Assembly (NCBI GenBank): GCA_044376115.1
Contig: JBILLK010000003.1
Coordinates: forward strand, 352,001 to 416,000
DNA length: 64,000 nucleotides
Direction: 5' to 3'
Source of the DNA: Polyangiaceae bacterium
GTDB lineage: Bacteria > Myxococcota_A > Polyangia > Polyangiales > Polyangiaceae
In this document: piece by piece, positions 1 to 8,761 of the stretch
Position numbering within the stretch: position 1 is the stretch's first letter
How the letters are laid out: each line of letters begins with the position of its first letter
Position numbers and translations under genes: made by a program
The notes under the pieces: model-generated
The model's input: the letters and a program-made list of their open reading frames with translations, nothing else
Database searches by the model: none
What the model was told of the DNA's origin: nothing

Positions 1-340
1 GCTGCGCGCGCACCGGATTGAGCGCCACATAGCGCAGCTGACGCAGCAGCTTCTGGCGGTCCGCGATGGCCTGCGGCGACGGTACCGCCCACGACAATCG
101 ACGTTCCATCAAGCCCGAGCGCGCAAGGTTCCCCACGATCAAAGCAAGCGCCGCGCGCGCGGCGTGAGGCTCATCGCTCGACGCGATCAGGTGCAAATGG
201 TCCGGCATGATCACGGCGCCCAACGCATCCGGAAATGCGCGCCGAAAACGCTGCCAGAGCCAGCGCGCCACGGCATGCGCGCTCAGCGGAGTTAGGCCAA
301 CGTGCGTGCGAGCGGTCAGATGAAAGTACCTCGTCGTCAT
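1..340 (-). mobile_element. REP-associated tyrosine transposase (RAYT)/IS200-like Y1 HUH transposase, 3' end runs off the window
   Basis: Translated by hand from ATG at 340, 113 open codons: MTTRYFHLTARTH...GAVIMPDHLHLIA...QLRYVALNPVRAQ. It has the N-terminal YxHxTxR motif, the HUH motif MPDHLH and the catalytic-Tyr motif YxxxNPVRA of RAYTs. Not in the ORF track. Confidence 0.85.
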
Positions 341-460
341 CCTGCGACCGGAGCAAACCGCGCGCCCGCTGACGTGGAGCACGATCGTGCGGCAAAACCG
401 CCTAGAGCCGCTCAACGACGCCGGCGGCCGCCCAAACTCGGCTAGCGTCCGCCACCGGGA

Positions 461-528
461 GGCAGCGGGAGGGATGGGCGTCACGGCAGCGAGGGGAGGG
501 CGTCACGGCAGCGTGGGGATGGGCGGTC
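461..528. repeat. Three imperfect tandem G-rich units of 22-24 bp
   Basis: GGCAGCGGGAGGGATGGGCGTCAC (461-484), GGCAGCGAGGGGAGGGCGTCAC (485-506), GGCAGCGTGGGGATGGGCGGTC (507-528). Confidence 0.85.
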
Positions 529-604
529 GAAGTGGACGTTTTGTTGAATTCACGCGCCCTTCCCCGGTCGATCGAGGGCGTATCTCAACAAAACGCCCAA
601 TTCG
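528..604. repeat. Long imperfect inverted repeat (REP/REPIN-like hairpin) upstream of the RAYT
   Basis: 528-547 CGAAGTGGACGTTTTGTTGA versus the reverse complement of 585-604 CGAATTGGGCGTTTTGTTGA (18/20). Inner stem CGCCCT (555-560)/AGGGCG (575-580). Confidence 0.8.
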
Positions 605-653
605 GCGGGCGATCCCCCCGCGCCCGCTCCCTCCGCGCGACCGCGCCCCGCGC

Positions 654-2171
654 TCAATCGAGCATGGCCTGCAGCATCGCGTCACAACCTGCGCCGCTGA
701 CCACCAGCCTTCGCTCGCTGCCGGCGCTGCACAGCGCCTGGCCGGGTTCGCCGAACTCGCCCTGCTGTGCGAAGTAGACGCCAAAGATACGGTCTTGCTG
801 ATCGCGCACGAACAGCGCGGGCGGCTCGCGGCCATCGCTTGCGGGGACGATCACGAACGGGAGGGCCTTCTGAAAAAACGCCGCGCGCAGCTCACCCATA
901 CTGAGTTCGCTCACGATCTTGCCACCCACCTTCTGCGCGGACGCTGACGGCGGTGCGCTCGGCGTAAACTCGATGGGCGCTGCGACGGTGGCCAGGCCGC
1001 CTTCGAGCTGAGGGAAGCTCAGCCCTCGAAAGGTTCGTTCGATGCAAGTGACGGTCTCGGCGTGCTTCAACTCACTGCTCGAGGTCACCCTGCCGACCTT
1101 GCCATTGGGCCCGATCACGGAGTTCACCGTGACTGTTCCGCCTAGCGTTGGGTCCTGTTTGAGCGCGAGCTCGTAGCACAAGCGGATGCGCCCAAACTCT
1201 CGGCGCACAATGCGCCGGACGATCTCCGGCTCGAGTTTTCCCTTCACGGTCAGCTTGCCTAGAAGCATCGTGGGCGTTGGGCGGCTCGGCGCGAATCCAC
1301 CGACGATGTCCTCCCCGAGCCCGCGCGACGAGCCACCCTGGCCGCTGTTCAGCAATGTAAGGACGCCGCTATTGTGCGGCGGCGATGCTTGCACAACAGT
1401 CGCAGCCGCTTCAGCGCCCTCTTCGGGCCCCGGCAATAGCAGCACGCTCAGCGCGTATTCCGCTGCTTCGCGAGGCTGCGCGATCTGGAGCCGCATGAGC
1501 ACGCGTTGCATACACGCATGAGCCTCACTCGGCGTAGGCGTGCCCCAGCCAAAGCTTATTGTCGCTCCCACGCGAAGTACGCCCCATGCGGGCTCTTGGA
1601 GCCGGGGTTCGGCGCCAAAGGCGCAACGCCGCAGCTGCTCGTTGGCTGCACCCAAAATTCCTTCCCAAACAGGCGGAACTCGGCCGTTTTGTGCGCTCCA
1701 CGCAACCGCTGCTGCGTGCTGGCGAAGTTTGAACCGAGGCTCGATTTCGGCTGGTTGGTAGCCGCCCGCGAAGCGCAACGTGTACTCGATCGATTGGCCG
1801 TTGAGGTTGGTGTTGATTGGGTTCAACGCAGCTTGAACGCAGCTTGCAGCCGCTAGCGACGCGAGCTCGCCGCTGACCGAGGTTGCCTTCGCTTGGTCGG
1901 CGCCGTTCAGTTGAAATACCAGCTCGCCTCGTAGCCACGGCTCGCGTTCGAGCGCCGGCTTGAGGCACGCGGCCACTTGGGTGCTGACCTGACGCACAGC
2001 GCGCTCGGCGTTGGGCGCCGTGCCGGAGACCACTTCGACGATGCCGAGCGGTTGCAAAGCGGAGGGAGGTAAGGCTGCGTCGTCCCTGGTGTCGTTGAGC
2101 GGCATGTCGAGCGCAGGGCTCGCGGCGCAACCGAATAGAGCGAGCGTCAGACTGAGCGTCGTCCGAGTCAT
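654..2171 (-). CDS. Lipoprotein with AgmX/PglI-type (TonB C-terminal-like) domain(s)
   Basis: ATG 2171 with AAGGAG RBS; lipobox LFGC; motif GKLEPEIVRRIVRREFGRIRLCYELALKQDPTLGGTVTV...FPQ typical of myxobacterial AgmX/PglI C-terminal domains. Confidence 0.75.
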   Translation of the reverse strand: MTRTTLSLTLALFGCAASPALDMPLNDTRDDAALPPSALQPLGIVEVVSGTAPNAERAVRQVSTQVAACLKPALEREPWLRGELVFQLNGADQAKATSVSGELASLAAASCVQAALNPINTNLNGQSIEYTLRFAGGYQPAEIEPRFKLRQHAAAVAWSAQNGRVPPVWEGILGAANEQLRRCAFGAEPRLQEPAWGVLRVGATISFGWGTPTPSEAHACMQRVLMRLQIAQPREAAEYALSVLLLPGPEEGAEAAATVVQASPPHNSGVLTLLNSGQGGSSRGLGEDIVGGFAPSRPTPTMLLGKLTVKGKLEPEIVRRIVRREFGRIRLCYELALKQDPTLGGTVTVNSVIGPNGKVGRVTSSSELKHAETVTCIERTFRGLSFPQLEGGLATVAAPIEFTPSAPPSASAQKVGGKIVSELSMGELRAAFFQKALPFVIVPASDGREPPALFVRDQQDRIFGVYFAQQGEFGEPGQALCSAGSERRLVVSGAGCDAMLQAMLD

Positions 2172-2226
2172 GCGCTCCTTTACCATTCTCCTTCGTGCGG
2201 CGCTGTTTACCGACTAGCTTTGAAGC

Positions 2227-2763
2227 GTGCCCAGCAACCTCCTTTGGCAAGCAACGCTGCTCGCGACGGCGCTTCTTTGCGGGTGCGGCGCCAACGTCAG
2301 CAAGACCTACGAGAGTGATGTGCGCTTCGAGCGTTGTTACTCGCTCGATTGGCACGAGGGCGTGGATCCAGAGCTGCGCCGCAAGTGTTGGGAGGAGTGG
2401 GCGCAGCACTATTCGGAAGGGCAACCGCGAGACCGCGTGCAATTCGCCAAACGTCAGTTGGCTCCCGGCGCTGGGCCAGAGGCTGCTTCCTCGAGCCAGG
2501 TTGCTCCAGTTAGCTCGGCGCCAGCCGCGCTGCCTGAACCAACCAGCGTCTTTAGTCCTGTGCCGATGATGGCCACACCCGGCGCAGCGACGGCCTCCGC
2601 TTCGGCGAGCGCGGCCTCACCTGCACCTCGGTCGAGCTGCGAGCTGCGCTGTGACAAGGCGCTCGAGGCCTGCTTGGGCGGCTGCTCTTCAGCCGTTTGC
2701 GAGGGCTTTTGTGCGCAGCGCCACAGCCGCTGTACGCCCAAGTGTCCGGCTATAGCCAAGTGA
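2227..2763 (+). CDS. Cys-rich hypothetical lipoprotein
   Basis: Lipobox LCGC, Ala/Ser/Pro linker, C-terminal CxxxC repeats. Confidence 0.7.
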   Translation: MPSNLLWQATLLATALLCGCGANVSKTYESDVRFERCYSLDWHEGVDPELRRKCWEEWAQHYSEGQPRDRVQFAKRQLAPGAGPEAASSSQVAPVSSAPAALPEPTSVFSPVPMMATPGAATASASASAASPAPRSSCELRCDKALEACLGGCSSAVCEGFCAQRHSRCTPKCPAIAK

Positions 2764-2841
2764 TGGAGTGACTCGGCGGAAAGACTTCGCCTCGCGCAGA
2801 CGTTGATCGTAAGCATGGCAGACCACCGGGCCCATCCCGTC

Positions 2842-4071
2842 ATGACCGATCGACCCATCGAAGAAGAAGTCCGCGTATTGAAACCGCGCCGCGCCGCTCC
2901 GGCTGACGCCGTGCGGCCAACGCGCGCGGAGATCAGCCTCACGGCATTGCGTCACAACCTGCGCGCGGTGAAGAACGCCGTGCAGCAGGAGCATGGACCA
3001 TCCCCCGCGGTTTGGGGCGTGCTCAAAGCCGACGGCTACGGTCACGGCGCGCCGGCGGTTGCGCGCACGCTCGAGCGAGCCGGTATCGACGGCTTGTGCG
3101 TCGCTTTGCTCGAGGAGGGCGTCGAGCTGCGTGAGGCCGGGCTCGAGCTGCCGATCATCGTGATGGGCGGTTATTACGGGCCGCATCATCGCGGGCTCGA
3201 GGACGCGCTCGCTCACCGGCTGACGCCGGTGCTTTACGAGCGCGGCCAAGTCGAGCGTCTGCGACACATCGCGAGTACGCAGCCGGAGCTCTCACCGGCC
3301 GGCGAGCGCGTGAGCTTCCATCTCAAGGTGGACACCGGCATGGCTCGTCTCGGCGCGTCTCCCAGTGAGTTGCGCGATCTGTTCGACGAGGTGGCCGGCT
3401 CGCCGGGGCTCGCGCTGAGCGGGCTGATGTCGCACTTCGCCACCGCCGACGATCCCGATCCGAGCGGCGCGCTGACGCAGCTCGCGCGCTTTCGCGCCGT
3501 GAGCGAGGACCTCGCTGCGCGCGGTATCGAGCCGTCGGTGTTGCACATCGCCAATAGCGCCGGCGCGCTGCGTTTTCCCAACGCACGGCTGGGCGCGACG
3601 CGCATCGGTCTCGCGCTCTACGGCATTGAGCCGTGCCCGCTGGGAGACGCGCAGCCGCAGATCGATCTGCGCCCAACCATGCGGGTGCGCACCGAGATCG
3701 TCGCCTTGCGCACGCTCGCCGACGGCGATCGGGTCGGCTACGGCCACACTTGGACGGCCGTGGGTGAGCGCAGGATCGCCACCGTGCCGATCGGGTACGC
3801 CGACGGGCTCTCGCGAGCGTTGTCCAACCGCGGGCACATGCTGCTGCGTGGTCATCGCGTGCCGATCGTGGGCATCGTGTCGATGGACCTCACGACCATC
3901 GACGTCACCGACGTACCGGGCGCAGCGCTGGGAGACGAGGTGGTGGTGCTCGGCGCTCAAGAGGGGGAGCGAATCACCGCCGAGGAGATCGCTGAACACA
4001 TGCGAACGATTCCTTGGGAGGTCGTGACTAGCATCTCGCGGCGGGTGCCTCGGTTTTACCGCGAGCCGTGA
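2842..4071 (+). CDS. alr: Alanine racemase
   Basis: VLKADGYGHG PLP-lysine motif, HLKVDTGMARLG, VGYG, PIGYADG, VSMD; start codon uncertain (2815 or 2842). Confidence 0.95.
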   Translation: MTDRPIEEEVRVLKPRRAAPADAVRPTRAEISLTALRHNLRAVKNAVQQEHGPSPAVWGVLKADGYGHGAPAVARTLERAGIDGLCVALLEEGVELREAGLELPIIVMGGYYGPHHRGLEDALAHRLTPVLYERGQVERLRHIASTQPELSPAGERVSFHLKVDTGMARLGASPSELRDLFDEVAGSPGLALSGLMSHFATADDPDPSGALTQLARFRAVSEDLAARGIEPSVLHIANSAGALRFPNARLGATRIGLALYGIEPCPLGDAQPQIDLRPTMRVRTEIVALRTLADGDRVGYGHTWTAVGERRIATVPIGYADGLSRALSNRGHMLLRGHRVPIVGIVSMDLTTIDVTDVPGAALGDEVVVLGAQEGERITAEEIAEHMRTIPWEVVTSISRRVPRFYREP

Positions 4072-4083
4072 TACCGTAGGCGG

Positions 4084-5169
4084 ATGCGGCTTGTCGGCGC
4101 TTTGCTTGGTCTTTCTCTCATGGCGTGCGGTGACGGTCGTGACCCTGGCGGCTCCAGCAGCAATGGCGGCACCGACCCGACGGGGTCGAGTGCGAGCTTC
4201 GTCGATCCGGGAGAGACTTTTTGCGGGGATGAGTCGCACACGCCGATTCAAACCAAACCGCTCGTTTACTTCGTGCTCGACTCGTCCGGCAGCATGCGGG
4301 CGACCTACGGAGAAGGCATCAAGTCGCGCTATGTCGCGGTCGGGCAGGGCGCTCGCGATATGGTTGAATCGCTCAAAAACGTGATTCGTTTGGGCGTTAC
4401 GTTGTTTCCGGGCAAGGCCGATGTCTGTGGAGCGGGCGACGAGGTCTATCCGCCCGGAGCCGCCAATCCCGAAGCGTTCGTTAACGCAATCGACGTCTTT
4501 CCGGAGGGTGGAACGCCGATCTCCTCAACGCTGGAGGTGGTGAAAGATCGGCTCGCTGGTCAGACCGGACCAACCGCCGTCGTGCTGCTTACCGACGGTG
4601 CGCCCAACTGCAACCCAGCCCTCGAGTGCGAGCCCAGCAGCTGCACGATTCATATCGAGGATGCGTGCGCCGCGGCGAGCTGCTGCTCGCTCAGCAATTG
4701 TTGCGCGGGCTTCGGGGAGAACTGTGTGGACCACCTGGCGATGCTCGACGCGGTCGCTGCGCTGAAGGAGGCCGGCATTCTCGTGTACGTGGTGGGCATC
4801 CCTGGCACCGAGGCGTACGAGACCGTGCTCGATCTCGCTGCCACGAACGGCGGCACAGCACAGGAAACAGGACCAACGAAGTACTATCGAGTTTCGGAGT
4901 TGGACGAGATCAGCGAGGTCTTCAAGACCATCGTCGCGGGCCTGATCGAGTGCCGCGTTTCGCTCACCACGGCACCTCCGGTCCCCGAAAAGACCAACGT
5001 CTACTTCGATGATGCGGTGGTCCCTTTCGACCCGGAGAACGGCTGGTCCTGGGAGACCGACGAGCACCTCGGGGTGATCTTTTCGGGTGCGGCCTGCTCC
5101 GACGTGAAGGGCGGTCACGTCGCGAAGATCCAGGTTCTTTCAGGTTGCCCCACCGTCGTGCCGAAGTGA
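4084..5169 (+). CDS. VWA-domain Cys-rich lipoprotein (CglB-like)
   Basis: Lipobox LMAC; MIDAS motif DSSGSM, GGTP, LLTDGAPNC, VYVVGIPG. Confidence 0.85.
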   Translation: MRLVGALLGLSLMACGDGRDPGGSSSNGGTDPTGSSASFVDPGETFCGDESHTPIQTKPLVYFVLDSSGSMRATYGEGIKSRYVAVGQGARDMVESLKNVIRLGVTLFPGKADVCGAGDEVYPPGAANPEAFVNAIDVFPEGGTPISSTLEVVKDRLAGQTGPTAVVLLTDGAPNCNPALECEPSSCTIHIEDACAAASCCSLSNCCAGFGENCVDHLAMLDAVAALKEAGILVYVVGIPGTEAYETVLDLAATNGGTAQETGPTKYYRVSELDEISEVFKTIVAGLIECRVSLTTAPPVPEKTNVYFDDAVVPFDPENGWSWETDEHLGVIFSGAACSDVKGGHVAKIQVLSGCPTVVPK

Positions 5170-5666
5170 GCGAAGGGCTGCAGATCACGCTGGCGAGCGG
5201 TGATGCAGCGTCCCAGTTGTTGCGTTTGGGCGCCGCGCTCGAGCAGGAGGCGCGCGGCGCGCTTGGCGACCACGCCTTTTCGCTCGCGCATGAGCTCGGT
5301 CGTCCCAGCGGTGGGGTGCTGGTGGCGTGGCTTGCCGATGTTCCGATCGGCTTGCTCAGCTTTCTGCGCGTCGCCGACGAACTGCACCTGCTGAGCGTCG
5401 TGGTGACGGAGGCTCACCTGCGCGCTGGGGTTGGCATGCGCTTGGTGACGGCTGCTCAGGAGTTGGGCCGCGCCGACGGCGCCGCTGTGTTCCTGTTGGA
5501 GGTGAGGCGAAGCAACCTAGCGGCTCGTCGCTTGTACGAGCGGCTAGGTTTTTTTTGCTTCAATGTACGCAAGGCCTACTACCCCGACGGCGAGGATGCG
5601 CTCGAGCTCGTGGTGGAACTCGAGCCCGGCCAGGCTGACCGCTTCCTGCCTGCGGTCACGCCCTAG
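5166..5666 (+). CDS. rimI: RimI-like GNAT N-acetyltransferase
   Basis: GTGA overlap with the upstream stop; LEVRRSNLAARRLYERLGF...RKAYYPDGEDA. Confidence 0.8.
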   Translation: MSEGLQITLASGDAASQLLRLGAALEQEARGALGDHAFSLAHELGRPSGGVLVAWLADVPIGLLSFLRVADELHLLSVVVTEAHLRAGVGMRLVTAAQELGRADGAAVFLLEVRRSNLAARRLYERLGFFCFNVRKAYYPDGEDALELVVELEPGQADRFLPAVTP

Positions 5667-5680
5667 CGCGGCTCGCGGCT

Positions 5681-8600
5681 CTACTTGCCCTTGAGCGGAT
5701 TCTTCGGCGGAGTCCACATGAAGGGCGGCTTCTTCCCGGGTGGAGGGGCATCCCCGGTCTTCACCGTCGTCGGGTCCACACCTTGGCCGAGCGTAGGCCG
5801 CACCCCGACGTCGAGCGGTTGCAAAAGCAGTGGCTGCAGCAGCTGAATCGCGGTGCTGTCATAGCCCTGAAGCAGCGCGTTGGCCTTGTCGCGCGCCGTT
5901 TGCAGTTGGTCATTCATCTTGCGTAGGTCAAAGCTCGGATCGGTGTTCTTGCCTTTGATCACCTCCTCCTTGAGCGACTTGACCATCTCGGCGTACTCGA
6001 AGATGCGCGAGTCACCGCGGTTCTGATTCGGGTTCATGGTCTGGTTCGGGTTGTTCTTTACGCCCAAGCCGAACTTGGTGGCGCTCAAGAACTTGGTCGG
6101 AACCTTGTCCATCTTCTTGTTCACCTCGCGCAGATCGACAGTGACCACGATGCCCTGGGTGTACATGTTGATGCGGTTGTTGAAGCGACGGTTCACCTCG
6201 CGGGCGATCGCGTCGTTGCCTTCCAGCGGGTTGGCGTTCTTCCACTGGGTGTGGTCCTCCAAGGTCTGGAGCAACCGCCGCATGGGGTACTCCGAGGTGG
6301 AGAGCACACGGTAAATGTCCACCGCTTCCTCGGCATTGGTGGGCGTCTTCACCTTGATGTCGGCGAAGAAGGCCATCCACTGCTCGATGTATTGATCCTC
6401 GTAGCGCGTCTTCACGTTGAGCACGTGCTTGGCGATGTTCTTCGACTCTTCCTCTTCGGGACCGAGCGGTACCACCCAGGCCTCGGCCTTGAGCAGGCCT
6501 TCGGCCGCCTTGATCTGTTCAACGACGCCGTAGTGACCCTTCTCGGTGTAGGGGCCGTCTACCTGCTTGTAGCCCTGCTTGGCCTCGTAGCTCTTGCTGA
6601 GGAAGTACTTCCGAACGTCGGGCTTGTCCGGGAAGATGCGCGGCAATTGAACCGGCGGGAAGACAAGGTTGTCGATGTCCGGTTCACCTGCTTCGTCGAT
6701 GCGCTCGTCACTGAGCGAGTTGACGATCAGATCGTAGTAGCGGCGATCCACCGGCACGTTCTTGAGCGCGCCACGCACCCGCTCGATCAGATCCTTGTCG
6801 AGCTCGATCGGCGTGATGCGCTTCCGCTTGAGCAGCTCGAAGTAATAGAGGACGTGCGGCTTTGCAGCCTCTTTCAACTCGATCGGCGAGATGTCGGAGG
6901 AGGCCTTCAGCGTCTCGGCCCAGAGCTGGGTGTAACGACCGGCGGCCCACTCGACGTCGAGATGCTCCAGATCGGCGAGCATCAGGTACTGCTTGAGCGC
7001 AGTGCGATCTTGCAGATAGCGATCCCCGTTGGCCGTCTTTAGACGCTCCTCCATGCGCGCCTTGCAGGGCAGTACAAAGCCTTGCTGCATCTGTGCGGCG
7101 TACACCTTGAGCTTCGGCCGATAGGTCTTGTCCGAGGCGAACATCCACCAGCCCATGCTCACCGGCACGCCCTCCTCCTCGAACTTGTCGTGTTCGAGCA
7201 GGTGCTCCCGCGTCGGGTTGAGCAAAGGGAACTTCTTGCTGAGCGGAACGTTTTGGTCTTCCCAGTGCAGCTCCGCAGTGACCTTGGCTCGGCGTTCTGA
7301 CTCCTTCAGGAAGTCTTTGTTATTCAGATACGACTTGAAGGCGGGCAGCGCCAACAGCGCCGCGAGGCCGGTGGTGCACGCAGCGATCACCACCTTCATG
7401 AACATCTGGCGCTTCTCTTCGATCGCGCTGCGGGCGGCGATATCACCGTCCGGGAAGATGATGTTCATGAACACGTCGTGGAGGAAGTAGCTCTTCGACT
7501 CGATGTTGCCTTGCGGGGTCTGCTGTTGATCCCCGTGGCGGATGCCCATCGCTGCGCTCATTCTGCCGAGCACGCGATCCATCGGCCGGCCCTCTTGCGT
7601 ACCGCTGGTGAAGTAAAAGCCGCGGAAGATCGGCGTGCCTTGGAAGGCGTTGGGCTGGAAGGTCACCGCCATCAGCTCGGCCAGGTTCTTCTTCAGACCG
7701 GCGAACTCGAGCGGGAATTGGTAGAGCTTCTCGCGGGCTTCGCGGCTTCGCTCCATCACGCAGCGTTTGAGTGCGCGCGCGTGAAGTTGGCGCACCAGCA
7801 CGTCGAACTCACCGTCGAACACCTTGCCGGGCTCGGTCTTGGGCAGGTCGAGCTTGAGCGTCGAGCCCCAACATTGAGCGCGGTCGCTCTTCTTGAGATC
7901 GCCAAAGAACTCGGCGAAGCCGGCCACCAAGTCGATCTTGGTGAACAACATGTAGACCGGCACGACCATGTGCAGCTGGGTCATCACCTCGTCCACGCGG
8001 GCGCGCAGCTTCTTCCCGATGCTCTCGATCTGTTGCTCGTTGGCGTCGAGCAGCTCGGCGATGCTGATGGCGACGATCACGCCGTTGATCGGGCGGTTCG
8101 GCCGGTACTTCTTGAGGAAGGCCAGGAAGCTGAGCCACTCGTCGCGATCATCGTTCTCGGTCGTGTAGCGGCCTGCGGTGTCGAGCAGGATGGCCTCGTT
8201 GGTGAACCACCAGTCGCAATTGCGCGTTCCACCGACGCCGCGCACGCCGCCGCCACCACCGCCGCCGTACGGGAAGACCATGCCCGAGTGTTTGAGGGCG
8301 GTGGTCTTGCCGGCGCCGGGCGGCCCGACGATCATGTACCAAGGCATCGAGTAGAGCGCAGCCGCTCCTCGCTTGCCGCCGCGACCGAGCTTGGAGGTCT
8401 TGATCGCCGCGATGCCGGCCTGCAGCTGCTTCTGCAGCTCTTGGATCTCGGCCCGGCGCTCGGGGCGCGCGTTGTTCGCTTGCTGCGCTCCTTGTTGCGC
8501 CAGCGCCGACTCGAGCTTCGAGGCCGCTCGACGAGCGAGCAACCAACGCACGAGATAGGCGAGCCCGAAGAGCGCTACGACGCAAAAGCTTAGAAAGAAA

Positions 8601-8683
8601 GCCATTGCTGTCCCGAAGCCGATGACGAGCTTCAGCGCCCAGACGATTCCAACCAGAACCACTGCAAGAAGGACCCAGAGCAC
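5681..8683 (-). CDS. tssM: Type VI secretion membrane subunit TssM/IcmF-like protein
   Basis: Two N-terminal TM helices; PWYMIVGPPGAGKTT, GGTRNCDWWF, LLDTAGRY, PINGVIV, FRGFYFTSGTQEG; internal TM helix followed by a periplasmic helical region. Confidence 0.88.
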   Translation of the reverse strand: MLWVLLAVVLVGIVWALKLVIGFGTAMAFFLSFCVVALFGLAYLVRWLLARRAASKLESALAQQGAQQANNARPERRAEIQELQKQLQAGIAAIKTSKLGRGGKRGAAALYSMPWYMIVGPPGAGKTTALKHSGMVFPYGGGGGGGVRGVGGTRNCDWWFTNEAILLDTAGRYTTENDDRDEWLSFLAFLKKYRPNRPINGVIVAISIAELLDANEQQIESIGKKLRARVDEVMTQLHMVVPVYMLFTKIDLVAGFAEFFGDLKKSDRAQCWGSTLKLDLPKTEPGKVFDGEFDVLVRQLHARALKRCVMERSREAREKLYQFPLEFAGLKKNLAELMAVTFQPNAFQGTPIFRGFYFTSGTQEGRPMDRVLGRMSAAMGIRHGDQQQTPQGNIESKSYFLHDVFMNIIFPDGDIAARSAIEEKRQMFMKVVIAACTTGLAALLALPAFKSYLNNKDFLKESERRAKVTAELHWEDQNVPLSKKFPLLNPTREHLLEHDKFEEEGVPVSMGWWMFASDKTYRPKLKVYAAQMQQGFVLPCKARMEERLKTANGDRYLQDRTALKQYLMLADLEHLDVEWAAGRYTQLWAETLKASSDISPIELKEAAKPHVLYYFELLKRKRITPIELDKDLIERVRGALKNVPVDRRYYDLIVNSLSDERIDEAGEPDIDNLVFPPVQLPRIFPDKPDVRKYFLSKSYEAKQGYKQVDGPYTEKGHYGVVEQIKAAEGLLKAEAWVVPLGPEEEESKNIAKHVLNVKTRYEDQYIEQWMAFFADIKVKTPTNAEEAVDIYRVLSTSEYPMRRLLQTLEDHTQWKNANPLEGNDAIAREVNRRFNNRINMYTQGIVVTVDLREVNKKMDKVPTKFLSATKFGLGVKNNPNQTMNPNQNRGDSRIFEYAEMVKSLKEEVIKGKNTDPSFDLRKMNDQLQTARDKANALLQGYDSTAIQLLQPLLLQPLDVGVRPTLGQGVDPTTVKTGDAPPPGKKPPFMWTPPKNPLKGK

Positions 8684-8761
8684 TGGCGCCAGGCTAGCAA
8701 CTTGCTCCAGAACTTCACACCTTCTGGATCGGCCTCCAGACGGGGCTGCGCAGGTGTGCGG

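Noticed and set aside
461..528. Possible mini-CRISPR array
   Set aside because: The units are directly adjacent with no unique spacers, and there are no cas genes in the window.
171..947. ORF-track entries 171-395, 387-947, 503-835 and 532-777
   Set aside because: Arg/Pro-rich translations with no motifs. They overlap the RAYT in another frame, the repeat region or the real 654-2171 gene.
5549..5556. T8 homopolymer in the rimI-like gene as a phase-variation site
   Set aside because: The frame is intact, the run is short and is explained by Gly-Phe-Phe codons.
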